Source: Candidatus Multivoradales bacterium
Lineage (GTDB): Bacteria; Acidobacteriota; Thermoanaerobaculia; Multivoradales; J023
DNA: 64,000 bases
Direction: 5' to 3'
Assembly (NCBI GenBank): GCA_965248925.1
Contig: CBDFLE010000006.1
Span: forward strand, 4,704,001-4,768,000
This document shows, one piece after another, positions 17,241-29,103 of the stretch. Under the pieces are notes generated by a model. That model ran no database searches. It was not told the origin of the DNA and saw only the letters and a program-made list of their open reading frames with translations. A program made the position numbers and the translations under genes. Position 1 is the first letter of the stretch. The number at the start of each line of letters is the position of its first letter.

Positions 17241-18494
17241 ATGAAAAGCGAACGGGTGAAATTCCCGGGGAGCCTCGGCGCGAGCCTGGCGGCCCGGTTG
17301 CTGCTGCCGGAGTGTGAGCCTGGGGCCTGGGCGTTGTTCGCCCACTGCTTCACCTGCGGCAAGGACTTGAAGGGGGTCACTCGGATCGGCCGGGCGATGG
17401 TCGAACAGGGCTACGGCGTGCTGTTGTTCGATTTTACCGGCTTGGGTGAGAGCGCTGGCGATTTTGCCCAGACCAATTTTACCTCCAACCAGGCCGACCT
17501 GTTGGCCGCTGCCGACTTTTTGCGCCGCGAGTATCGCGGGCCGAGCCTGTTGGTGGGCCACAGCCTCGGTGGCTCTGCCGTATTGATGGTGGCGGCGCAG
17601 ATTCCGGAGGTGCGAGCGGTGGCCACCCTGGGTGCACCGAGCGACACCGAGCATCTGCGTGGCACTCTGCTGGCCGCGGCGCCGGAGCTGGTGGATACCG
17701 ACGAGGTTCAGGTGCAGCTCGCCGGCCGGCCCTTCAAGATTCGCCGCCAGCTGCTCGAAGACTTGGCAGGTCAAGAAGTGCTCAAGGCGGTCACCGCTCT
17801 GGGCCGGCCTTTGCTGGTGATGCATTCGCCGGTCGATGCGGTGGTGGGTATCGACAACGCGCGGCGCATCTTCCAGGCGGCGGTCCATCCCAAGAGCTTC
17901 GTCTCCCTCGACGATGCCGACCACCTGCTGCTCAGCAAGCCGGCCGACGCCGCTTATGTGGCCGCGTTGTTGGGCGCTTGGGCGGGCCGCTTCGTCGGTC
18001 TTGCCGACGGCGCCGAGTCAACCGAATCGGCTGCTGGCGCCGCCACCGCCGAGGCTACCGATGAGCCGCCGACAGGCGAGGTCTGGGTGCGGGGCGGCGC
18101 GCAGGGGTTCGAGCATCAGGTGCTGGCCGGTCATCACCGGCAGATTGCCGACGAGCCGCTCGATTTTGCTGGTACCGACCGCGGACCTGCACCCTACGAC
18201 TATCTGCTGGCTGCCCTCGGTGCTTGCACCGGGATGACGCTGCGTATGTATGCGGGACGTAAGAAGTGGCCGCTCACCGGCGTAGAGGTTCGCCTGCGAC
18301 ACTCGAAGATTCATGCCCAAGACTGTGCCGAGTGCGAGTCGGTCGGTGGCAAGGTCGACCTGATAGAACGCGAGATCGAACTGCGGGGTCCGCTCGACGA
18401 CGGTCAACGCCAGCGCTTGATGGAGATTGCCGACCGTTGTCCGGTACATCGCACTCTGACTAGCGAAACGATAGTGCGGAGTCGCCTGCTATGA
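17241..18494 (+). CDS. Bifunctional alpha/beta hydrolase / OsmC-family protein
   Basis: AHCFTCGK, GHSLGG, ADHLL; then ADEP..GP.PY, GACTGMT, CPVHRTL. Confidence 0.92.
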   Translation: MKSERVKFPGSLGASLAARLLLPECEPGAWALFAHCFTCGKDLKGVTRIGRAMVEQGYGVLLFDFTGLGESAGDFAQTNFTSNQADLLAAADFLRREYRGPSLLVGHSLGGSAVLMVAAQIPEVRAVATLGAPSDTEHLRGTLLAAAPELVDTDEVQVQLAGRPFKIRRQLLEDLAGQEVLKAVTALGRPLLVMHSPVDAVVGIDNARRIFQAAVHPKSFVSLDDADHLLLSKPADAAYVAALLGAWAGRFVGLADGAESTESAAGAATAEATDEPPTGEVWVRGGAQGFEHQVLAGHHRQIADEPLDFAGTDRGPAPYDYLLAALGACTGMTLRMYAGRKKWPLTGVEVRLRHSKIHAQDCAECESVGGKVDLIEREIELRGPLDDGQRQRLMEIADRCPVHRTLTSETIVRSRLL

Positions 18495-19876
18495 GCCCTC
18501 GGGGCCCAGGCAACCGTTCCGCCGGTGGTTCGCGAGGCAGTCGATCGCCGTGGGGAAAACTAGACCCACGGGAAGTGGTCGACTCCGAGCCGCTCGCCGA
18601 CGACGCTCCGCCGCCACGGATCTTGGCCCGGCCCGACCACAGTGTGTCGCGCAAGCTGGTCGACCCGAATGCGCTGAAAGTGCTCCGTCGGTTGCACAGC
18701 CAAGGCTTCAAGGGCTATTTGGTGGGGGGCAGTGTCCGCGATCTAATGCTGGGTCGCAAGCCCAAGGATTTTGATGTCTCGACCGACGCTCAGCCCAACC
18801 AGATCCGCCGCTTGTTTCGCAATGCACGCATCATCGGCCGCCGTTTCCGCTTGGCCCACATCCTCTTCGCCGACAGCATGGTCGAGGTCGCCACTTTTCG
18901 CCGGGTGCCTGACCCGAAGCAGCAGAAGGGTGGCCCGGACGATCTGCTGATCACCAGCGACAACACCTTTGGCACGCCGCGCGAGGATGCCTTTCGCCGC
19001 GATTTCACCGTCAATGGCCTGTTTTATGACATCGCCGATTTCTCGGTGATCGACTACGTCGGTGGGATCGAGGATCTACAGCAGCAGCTGATCCGGGTTA
19101 TTGGTGTTCCTGAGGTGCGCTTTCGCGAGGACCCGGTGCGCATGTTGCGTGCTTGCGAATTCGCCGGCCGGCTTAGTTTCGGCATCGAACGAAGAACCCA
19201 GGAGGGTATCTACGCTTCGCGCCGAGAGTTGCTCAAGGCAGCCAAGCCGCGCCTGACCGAAGAACTCTTACAGCTGCTCAAGAGTGCTCATTCCGGGGCC
19301 ACCATGCAGTGGTTGCTCGAACTTGGTTTGCTCGAAGTGCTGCTGCCCGAGGTGCTGTCGATGTTGCAGGCCTTGGAGCAGGGCGCCGGTGACTTCAACG
19401 GTATCTTGCCACTGCTCGATCGTTACGCCAGCGATGGCCGGGTGCTGCCTGACGAAGTGTTGCTGGGCGCGCTCTTGCTACCGCATCTGATGCTGGGGCG
19501 TTTTGTTGCCGAGAGTCGTAGCGGTTGTTTTATGCCGGCGGCGGACTTCAGCGAGTTAGTAGCCGACACGCTCGAGGATTTTTCCGGCCGCTTCTCACTG
19601 CCCAACCTCAAGCGCACCCATTTGCAGCAAGCGTTGGAGGGCTTGCACCGCTTGTGCAGTCAACGGTGGAGCTCGGGGCAGCGGCTGCGCTTTGCTGGCA
19701 GGAGCTTCTTCGACTTTTCATTGGCTCTGTTCACGATTCTGGTCGAGGCCACTGGTGAGGGCGAAGAGGAGCTGGAGCTGTGGCGCCAAGCGGCCCGCCA
19801 GCGCCCGCGTCGCCCACCGCCGCCGACCCGCCCGCGCCGCCGTAGTCGGGGGCGGCGCCGTCCACCGCGCCGGTAA
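18491..19876 (+). CDS. pcnB: Poly(A) polymerase I
   Basis: LVGGSVRD, KDFD, PAP-specific IIGRRFRLAHI signature, RRDFTVN, EDPVRMLRA; Arg-rich tail. Confidence 0.9.
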   Translation: MSPRGPGNRSAGGSRGSRSPWGKLDPREVVDSEPLADDAPPPRILARPDHSVSRKLVDPNALKVLRRLHSQGFKGYLVGGSVRDLMLGRKPKDFDVSTDAQPNQIRRLFRNARIIGRRFRLAHILFADSMVEVATFRRVPDPKQQKGGPDDLLITSDNTFGTPREDAFRRDFTVNGLFYDIADFSVIDYVGGIEDLQQQLIRVIGVPEVRFREDPVRMLRACEFAGRLSFGIERRTQEGIYASRRELLKAAKPRLTEELLQLLKSAHSGATMQWLLELGLLEVLLPEVLSMLQALEQGAGDFNGILPLLDRYASDGRVLPDEVLLGALLLPHLMLGRFVAESRSGCFMPAADFSELVADTLEDFSGRFSLPNLKRTHLQQALEGLHRLCSQRWSSGQRLRFAGRSFFDFSLALFTILVEATGEGEEELELWRQAARQRPRRPPPPTRPRRRSRGRRRPPRR

Positions 19877-20081
19877 TGCACGCCAGAGCGATTTCAGGTC
19901 TTGCTCGAACCGGGTCAACATCCTTGGGTGGGCGGCGGGGGTAGCTGTATGATGTGGCCACTGCCAGTCAGCACCGTGAGTTTTCCTTGCCGCCTAGACC
20001 ACGGTGGTAACACCGTCTTGTAGAGGACAGTCGTTTGTTGAAAACACCGTCGCCAACGCTCGCTGCCGAGAGGTCATTTGG

Positions 20082-20774
20082 ATGTCCTACTTTGTAGAGT
20101 TCTTCCGTTCGCCGATGGGCAAGAAGGCCGTCATGGCGGTGACCGGAATCATGCTCTTCGGCTTCGTTTTCACCCACATGCTGGGCAATCTGAAGCTCTA
20201 CATGGGTCCCGAGGCCCTCGATGCCTACGCCGAAGGTCTACGCCACTTGGGCAAACCGATCTTCGCCGAAAATCAAGTGCTATGGCTGATGCGCAGTGGC
20301 TTGATCGCCGCGGTGGTGCTGCATATCTTGTCGGCTTACCAGGTCACTCAGCTGAGTCGCCGAGCACGGCCCGAGGCTTACGCCAAGCTGCGGCTGCAAA
20401 AGGCCACCTACGCCTCGCGGACGATGCGCTGGGGCGGGGTGATCATCTTGCTGTTCATTGTTTACCACCTGCTGCAGCTGACCTTCGGCTTTGCCCACTC
20501 GGACTATCCCGACTTCGATCGCCACCAGGTTTACCACAACGTCGTAGCGGCGTTCTCGAACCCTTGGGTGGTGGCTTTCTACATCCTCGCCCAAGTGGCC
20601 TTGGGATTGCACCTGCGGCACGGCATGTGGAGCTTGTTCCAATCGCTGGGGATCAGCGGTGGCAAATTCGACGTTCTTCGCCAGCGCTTTGCCACCGGCT
20701 TCGCGCTGGTCATTTCGTTGGTCAATATCTCGTTTCCGATCGCCGTCTTAAGCGGCTTTGTCGGAGGAGCCTGA
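20082..20774 (+). CDS. sdhC: Succinate dehydrogenase cytochrome b558 subunit
   Basis: [26 protein letters not shown]; five TM helices; first gene of the sdh operon. Confidence 0.92.
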   Translation: MSYFVEFFRSPMGKKAVMAVTGIMLFGFVFTHMLGNLKLYMGPEALDAYAEGLRHLGKPIFAENQVLWLMRSGLIAAVVLHILSAYQVTQLSRRARPEAYAKLRLQKATYASRTMRWGGVIILLFIVYHLLQLTFGFAHSDYPDFDRHQVYHNVVAAFSNPWVVAFYILAQVALGLHLRHGMWSLFQSLGISGGKFDVLRQRFATGFALVISLVNISFPIAVLSGFVGGA

Positions 20775-20775
20775 G

Positions 20776-22688
<1,913 letters not shown>

Positions 22689-22689
<1 letters not shown>

Positions 22690-23447
22690 TGAACCTCAAG
22701 CTTCACGTATGGCGCCAACCCGGACCTGGAGCGGCGGGCAAAATGGTGGTTTACGAGGCTAACGATGTTAGCCCGGACATGTCCTTCTTGGAGATGCTTG
22801 ACGTCACCAATGAGCAGATGATTGCCCGTGGTGAAGAGCCCATCGTTTTCGACCACGATTGTCGCGAAGGCATCTGCGGTGCATGCAGCATGATGATCAA
22901 CGGTGTCGCCCACGGTCCTGAATCCGGTACCACCGCTTGCCAGCTGCACATGCGGCATTTCAATGACGGTGATGAGATCTACATCGAGCCCTGGCGCGCC
23001 GCGGCCTTCCCGGTGCTCAAAGACCTGATGGTGGATCGTTCGTCGATGGACCGGATCATCGAAGCCGGCGGTTACGTCTCGATCGGCACCGGCTCGGCCC
23101 CCGATGCCAACGAAATCCCAGTACCCAAGCAAGCTGCCGACCTGGCCTTCGAGGCGGCGGCCTGCATCGGCTGCGGCGCCTGCGTGGCCCAATGCCCCAA
23201 CGGCGCCGCCCAACTGTTCACCGCCGCCAAAGTCTCCCACCTTGGCTTGCTGCCCCAAGGTCAGCCCGAGCGCTGGCAGCGGGCCACCGACATGGTGGCG
23301 CAGATGGAAGCCGAAGCCTTCGGCAGTTGCACCAACCACCAAGAATGCGAAGCGGTCTGCCCCAAGGAGATCTCGGTGAGCTACATCGCAAGGATGAACC
23401 GCGATTTTCTCACCGCCAAATTCAAGGGTGTCAAGACCTCGGGTTGA
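22689..23447 (+). CDS. sdhB: Succinate dehydrogenase iron-sulfur subunit
   Basis: [33 protein letters not shown]. Confidence 0.97.
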
Positions 23448-23710
23448 AGAGGCTGGACTGATGGCCGATTTGGTTCGAAGCGATCGGCATCCGCGGAAGA
23501 GGCTCCGGTCCAGTGAAGGGAGCAGAGAGGCGGAGCCTCCAGCTGGTGGCGCAAATGGAAACAAGGGCGTTAAGACTCTGGCTAGAGCCGGGTGAGCAGG
23601 GACTAGGGTGCCTCGCTCAGAAGGTCACTCTCTTTTGGTTCCTTTCTGCTGCTGGTCAATTATCCGGGTCTGGCATGGGTCTGGATCCCGGCCACAAAGG
23701 TCACTCAGGA

Positions 23711-23739
23711 TTGACACCAGGCGCCTGGTAGCCTAGTCT
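23711..23739 (+). promoter_or_regulatory. Sigma70 promoter of the TA operon with palindromic operator
   Basis: TTGACA-17bp-TAGTCT; perfect palindrome ACCAGGCGCCTGGT at 23716-23729 in the spacer. Confidence 0.7.
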
Positions 23740-23764
23740 ACTGACTGGCAGAAAGGAGCGTGTG

Positions 23765-24004
23765 ATGGCGACGGCAACCGTGAGAATCCCGGCGGAAAAA
23801 AGAGATATCCTGCGGATTATCGCCGGGATCGAGAAGACCGAGATGAAGGAGATCCTCTCCGGGCTTATCGACGAGTACATCGGGCGGCATCAGGAAACGC
23901 TGGACCTTCTTTCCCGACCCGAGTGGGTCGACATCATCGCTCGCGGCAAGCAAGAGGTGGACCACGGCATCAAGGGCAAAAGGCTCGATGAGCTGGCGGA
24001 TTGA
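23765..24004 (+). CDS. Type II antitoxin (RHH-like N-terminus)
   Basis: TATVRIP strand then helices; ETLDLLS..EW acidic C-terminus; overlaps the downstream toxin gene. Confidence 0.75.
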   Translation: MATATVRIPAEKRDILRIIAGIEKTEMKEILSGLIDEYIGRHQETLDLLSRPEWVDIIARGKQEVDHGIKGKRLDELAD

Positions 24005-24254
24005 GGTCAAGCCGTCCGCCGAGAAGCAATACCTCAGGCTCGACAGAATCACTCGCCGACGGATCAAGGAAACCTTGCACGAGCTCGAAAACGCCGAGCT
24101 GCCGCTGTTTCACCCGCGGCTGCGGCCCCTGACGGGAAAACTCAAAGGGGACTACAGGGTCAGGATCGGGGGCTGGCGAGTCCTCCTGACACCTGATCGG
24201 GAGTCCGGGGTGCTCCAGGTCTACGCCGTCCTTCCCCGTGGCGGTGCGTACTGA
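23988..24254 (+). CDS. RelE/ParE-family toxin
   Basis: WRIEVKPSAEKQY, LTGKLKGDYRVRIGGWRV, PRGGAY. Confidence 0.9.
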   Translation: MSWRIEVKPSAEKQYLRLDRITRRRIKETLHELENAELPLFHPRLRPLTGKLKGDYRVRIGGWRVLLTPDRESGVLQVYAVLPRGGAY

Positions 24255-24310
24255 TCGGCCCTGATGACGTCTGAGCCGACGCCCGACCGGCCCGAGTCTG
24301 ATCTTGGCGA

Positions 24311-25759
24311 TCACTCCCAGGGGTCTGGAAGGGCCAGCTCCGCTTGCCGCCAGCGCCAGGCGTCCCAGCCGATCAACCCCCAGATCAGGCCATGTTCCAA
24401 GATCAACCACCAGGCCCTCTCGACACCATCGATGTAGATCAGATATGACAGCAGCGCCAGACCGGTGGCGAGGGGCCAGGCGCGAGCGCCGCTTGCCACG
24501 GCGAAGGGTAGGGCCCAAAGTAGGTACCAGGGCATCACCGTGGGGCCGAGCAGGAGGAAGGCGGCGAGCAGGAGGTAGATCTGCCGCGGCCATCGATCCT
24601 CAGCAACGCGGCGGCGGAGTAGCCACAGCAAGATCAGTAGGGTCGAGACCAGCCACAGGGCGCTGGCCCAGCCGGCACCGCGCCCCGGCAGCCAACGTTC
24701 GAAGATGTTCTGGGCCAGCAACCAGATGCCTGGATTGAAAGTCCAACCAGCACCGAAGTCGCTCAGGGCCTGCAAGATTTGCCGCCAGCTGGCGATGAAA
24801 GGCAGGTAGCCGAGAGCCACGGTGAGCGCCAGCACTGGCCATTGCCGCGGCCGGCAGCGGCGCAGGAAGAGGCCGGCCAGCACGATGGGTGTGAGCTTGG
24901 CCAACACGCTGAGGCCAAAGACCGCCAAGGCCAGCTTGCGGCGTCCGCCGTGCATCGCCAACACCGCCGCCAGCAACAGAGGAATAACCAATGCGTCGAC
25001 GTGGCCGGAGCCGGCGAGTTCTTTGATCAACAACGGATTCCAGGCGTAGAAGATCACCTCTTCCGGCCTTCTCCCGAGACGTAGTAGCAGCAGATAGAGC
25101 AGCCAGCAGGCGATCAGGTCGAGCACTACCAGGGCGCTCTTGAACAGCAAGACGCTGCCCGGGGCCAAGCGGTGGCAGGCGGCGAAGAATGCTTGCGCTA
25201 GCGGTGGGTAGACCGTCAAGTTCTCGCGATAGGCGAGGTTTTCGAAGATCTCTGACCATGGTGGATCGACGAACAGCTCAGCAGCGGCGGTATCGTTAGT
25301 GAAGCTGAGGTCTTCCCATTCCTCCGGCGTGTGGCGGTAAGGATCGACGCCCGAACTCAGCAGGTGGCCGTCCCACAAGTAGCGCCAGATGTCCTGGTCA
25401 TAAAGTAGAAAGCGTTGGTAGCCGATCCCTTGCGAGCTGAGGTCGGTGAGCGTTGCCGCGCGGCGATCATCAGGCAGCAGGCCGGCGGGTAAGAGTAGCA
25501 AGCGAAACAAGGCGGCGGCCGCAAAGATGCCGCCTAGCACCCAGCGATTTCCAGTCGGTAAGCGGCGAGACCAGGTGCCGGCCAGCAGATAGAGCCCGAA
25601 GAGCAGCCCAAATATAGCCAGAAACGAGCCCACATCTCGGCCCCCATTCCAGCCTCGCAGGCCGCGGGATGCCAGCGCAAAACCTGCTGCCATCAAGACT
25701 CCGATGGCCACCACGAGGCGGCTGGCGGCGGTCTTAGAGCACGAGTGGAGTAGGTGCAT
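24311..25759 (-). CDS. GT-C membrane glycosyltransferase (GT87/DUF2029-like); start uncertain
   Basis: DIWRYLWDG, VYPPLAQ, YAWNPL..KELAGSGHVD, PTVMPWY; many TM helices. Confidence 0.8.
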   Translation of the reverse strand: MHLLHSCSKTAASRLVVAIGVLMAAGFALASRGLRGWNGGRDVGSFLAIFGLLFGLYLLAGTWSRRLPTGNRWVLGGIFAAAALFRLLLLPAGLLPDDRRAATLTDLSSQGIGYQRFLLYDQDIWRYLWDGHLLSSGVDPYRHTPEEWEDLSFTNDTAAAELFVDPPWSEIFENLAYRENLTVYPPLAQAFFAACHRLAPGSVLLFKSALVVLDLIACWLLYLLLLRLGRRPEEVIFYAWNPLLIKELAGSGHVDALVIPLLLAAVLAMHGGRRKLALAVFGLSVLAKLTPIVLAGLFLRRCRPRQWPVLALTVALGYLPFIASWRQILQALSDFGAGWTFNPGIWLLAQNIFERWLPGRGAGWASALWLVSTLLILLWLLRRRVAEDRWPRQIYLLLAAFLLLGPTVMPWYLLWALPFAVASGARAWPLATGLALLSYLIYIDGVERAWWLILEHGLIWGLIGWDAWRWRQAELALPDPWE

Positions 25760-25914
25760 GGCAAGTGGGGCTACAGAGGTCGCAAGCAGCAGCGGATTGC
25801 GCCAGATTAAAACTACCGGGCAGCCTACCGCGTAGTTAGCCATGGAGCGACCCGCCAATCTTAGCCCGCGGTGCGAGCCGCATCGAAGACGACCCACTCA
25901 AAGGAACTTTCACC

Positions 25915-26301
25915 ATGCGACGTTTGACTCTGCTGATCGCCTGTCTCGCCCTCATTCTGCCAACCGCCGCTGCCCTTGCCTCAGGTAGCTCTGGGGCTGG
26001 CATTCCCCGAAGTTCGGGCGGCGAGCAGCCCTTCTCAGTTACCAAGCAGCTCAAGTGCACGATCATCGAAGTTCAGGCCAACAACCTGATCAAAGTGCGC
26101 GACGACCGGAGCGGCAAAGAGAGCCTGATTCAGCTCTCCGAGCAGATTCCGCTAAAAGCTCAGAACAAGAAGCAGTTTGGCGGTCGCAAGAACTTGCAAG
26201 CCAGCGATCTAGTAGAGGGTCACCGGATCCTGGTCACCAAGCGCACCGACGCCGAAGTGATCGTGCGCATCAAAGTGCTCAAGGACAAGGCCAAGGCCTG
26301 A
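25915..26301 (+). CDS. Secreted hypothetical protein (small basic beta-barrel-like domain)
   Basis: Signal peptide, AAGGA SD, coding-like codon usage. Confidence 0.7.
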   Translation: MRRLTLLIACLALILPTAAALASGSSGAGIPRSSGGEQPFSVTKQLKCTIIEVQANNLIKVRDDRSGKESLIQLSEQIPLKAQNKKQFGGRKNLQASDLVEGHRILVTKRTDAEVIVRIKVLKDKAKA

Positions 26302-27557
26302 GCCGCTCAGGGGCGGTGAGATCGAGTTTCTCGGTGAACACTCCGCCCCAAGGATCGATCGCTTCGACGGTTACTTCGCTGGCGCCTGGCCGCGGAGCGG
26401 CGTAGAACAAATGATCGGTGTCGAGGGGCTCGACCCAGCTGGCGTTGCCTAGCGGCCGGGTGGGGCCTTCGTAGAGTGAGACGGTGAGTGGGTCGCGGCC
26501 TCGGCGGCGGCTCATTTCGCCGCGGCGTTCGCCGTCTTCGTACCAGTAGACTTGCCAGCTGGGATGCCAGTTCCAGACGTTGGCGATGATCTCGTCGGGA
26601 TTCTGCGGCTCGCTGCCGGGGCGGTAGAGGCGCAGCTGTTTGTCGGCCGCCAGGCCGGAGGCTTTGAAGCGCCACGACAGCTGTTCGCCCCGCACTTCGT
26701 ACACATGGTAGCCCTTGGGGGTGCCGTCCCAACACACTGGTCCTGTCCACCAGGCGCCGCAGGCGGTGGCCAGCACGTGCTCGTGGCAGCCGGCGTGCAG
26801 AATGTGCTCGTTCTCGTGGGTGTGGGCAGTGAGCAGATGGGCGGAGTAGGGCTCGAGCAACTCGTAGAGGCGGTCACGATTGGCGACCCGCGATTGATTG
26901 CGTTTGAATCCTGGTAGCCGGTCGGTGATCGTGCTGGCGAAGGGAATGTGCGCGAACACCACCACCTTGGAGCCGCCCTCTACCGCTTTGAGGTCGGCCG
27001 CCAGCCAATCGAGCTGCGGGTCGTCGAGGTAACCGACGTAGCCGTTGCCAATCCAGAAGACGTTGTCGAGCACCACGTAGTGCACCGCGCCGTGGTTGAA
27101 GGAGTAGTAGGTGGGCCCGAAGGCGGCTTCGAATTTGCGGCTGTCGCGCACCGCGCCGGCCGCTTCGTCGAGGTCGTGGTTGCCGATCAGCTGGAAGAAG
27201 GGCACGCCGGCAAAGGCCATCGAAGTCGAGGGGTCGGTGAATCCCCGAGGTGCTGGTGTTGGAGAGGGGTATGCGGCAGCCCCGCGGCAGGCAGACGAAG
27301 GCGAAACGTGCCTGCCGGTCACTGGCCAGCTCGAAATTACCTTCGCTGTCGGTCGCCACGGTCGACAGGCCGTCGGAGATGATGACTTTAGCTAGCCCTT
27401 GGCCGTAGAGAGTGACCCGGCCGCGAATCCTCGCCGGGCGTAGCGCTCAGCCGGCGGTGCCATGTAAGGCGGACGCGGCGCAGATGCTGAGGAAGTGGCG
27501 TCGGCTTACAGCAGATCCGCCGCTTTGCGGTGGAGTGGTGGATGATCTGCGGCTCAT
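26279..27557 (-). pseudogene. Tat-exported calcineurin-like metallophosphoesterase, disrupted
   Basis: SRRHFL Tat motif; in-frame TGA at 27447-27449; N-domain (ISDG..VATDSEGNFEL) jumps by frameshift near 27225 to GNHD, HIP, AHTH, GAWW; upstream metal motifs missing. Confidence 0.8.
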
Positions 27558-27863
27558 CGGGGCACCTTCTTTCAGAATCGACTGTCTTGACAAGGTTTGA
27601 GGTCTAGAGGGAGACTACTGTATGCCGAATGACGACGACAGATCCGTTGAACCGATCGCCTGGGCCAGTGAGCGATTGCCGGCGCGACGGCAGGCTACCG
27701 ACGAGCTGGCCGCCCAATGGCTGTTCGAGGGTCTGCGAGTCGCTGTCTGCCAGCATCTCGAGCCGCAGTCGGCGCTACAGTTCGATGCTGCCTGGCAGGC
27801 TCGGGTCGACCCCTCTCGAGGTCTCGCGATTCCCGCTTTAACCCAAAACCACTGATCGTTGCC

Positions 27864-28343
27864 ATGTCAGAGAAGCCAAAGAAAGCAGGTCCGATCGGCC
27901 GGACGCTGCGGCTGATCGTCGCCATTTGGCTGGTGGTCATCGACATCCCCGTGCTGGTCAAAGCCGGCAGCGGCTACAACCTTCGCATGCTCGGCTTGGT
28001 GATCGCTCTGACCCTCTTCTACATGTTTCTGCACTGGATGGTTTCCCGGCATCTGCGAAACCTCGACGGCAGGTTGGGAGCGATTCTCGCTGTCACACCG
28101 GTGTTTCTGCTTTGGTTCTACGGCCAGGGAGGAGGACTCCTGTTTGGCCAAGGGGAGGGGGGTACGGCTGCCATCACCTACCTTGCCCTGTCATTCCTGA
28201 TCGACGTCGTAAGGTCGGACTCCGGCTGTGAAGTGATGGCAATTCCCGGCCTTATCCTCGGCGAGCGCACCCACCTCGACTGCATCGTTTTTTGCCCGGT
28301 CGACATCCTGGAAGAGAGGCCAAGCAGGGGCGAGGATCGGTGA
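27864..28343 (+). CDS. Small integral membrane protein with GCEVMAIP...C..FCP motif
   Basis: GPIGRTLR start, four hydrophobic segments, Cys-containing C-terminus. Confidence 0.65.
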   Translation: MSEKPKKAGPIGRTLRLIVAIWLVVIDIPVLVKAGSGYNLRMLGLVIALTLFYMFLHWMVSRHLRNLDGRLGAILAVTPVFLLWFYGQGGGLLFGQGEGGTAAITYLALSFLIDVVRSDSGCEVMAIPGLILGERTHLDCIVFCPVDILEERPSRGEDR

Positions 28344-28397
28344 GATGGGCTAGGGCTAGGTGGGTGCCGGGCGACTCGGGGAAAGTCAACCAAAGAC

Positions 28398-28695
28398 GCG
28401 GACCTCGCTTTCGAAGCGGCGGCCGACATCAGCTGCAGTGCTTGCTTGGTGCAGGGTCCCAACAACGCCGCCCAGCTGTTCACCGCGGCCGAAGCCGCGT
28501 ACCTCGGCCTGCTGCCCCAAGGTCAGCCCGAGCCCTTGCGGCGGGTTACCGACACGGTGGCGGAGATGGAAGAGCAGGCCTTCGGCAGCTACACCAAGCA
28601 CCAAGATTGCGAGGCGCTGTGCCCCTGGGCATCCCGGTGACCTTCATCGCCCGGCTCAACCGGCCAAGCTCAAAGGGGTCAAGAACTCCGGCTGA
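28398..28695 (+). pseudogene. sdhB: Degraded duplicate of the 3' part of sdhB
   Basis: Aligns with about 23136-23447 (e.g. shared TGCTGCCCCAAGGTCAGCCCGAGC); several Cys codons lost; frameshift near end; ends KGVKNSG*. Confidence 0.9.
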
Positions 28696-29103
28696 AGCCC
28701 CGGAGTGACCGTGGTGGTGCGGAGCAGAGCATTCCTACCACGGCCGCTCAACGGCTCTGTTCTGGTTGCGGCGGCTTCTGTACTAGGAGGCGACTTAGCA
28801 GCGCAGGTCGAGGCCATCTGCTCGAGAATCTGCAGCCGCAATGGTCCGGTTGAGCGGTCGTTCTCGCGTTTAAGTTCAGAGAGTGACTCTCTCGGAAGGT
28901 CTGACCAAGGGCTCTGAGACTGAGGTGGCTGCAGGCTTGGAACCTGATGCCACAGCCGTAGCCGTCGATGGCAACGCCTATCGGTTGCCCGGCGTCGGGT
29001 AGGCGGGAAGAGCACCCGCAGGCGGCCGCGGCGTCGCGTTGGCGGAACGCGACAGGGTTCGAGAGGGACGCTGACTTGAGAAATGAGAATCAAGGAGGTA
29101 CCG

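Noticed and set aside
27447-27449. Selenocysteine or stop-codon recoding (also TGA 39210 and TAG 57812)
   Set aside because: Each lies in a gene with other lesions; TGA and TAG serve as normal stops throughout the window.
27622-27855. 77-aa ORF with a plausible SD
   Set aside because: No recognisable motif; cannot be supported as a gene.
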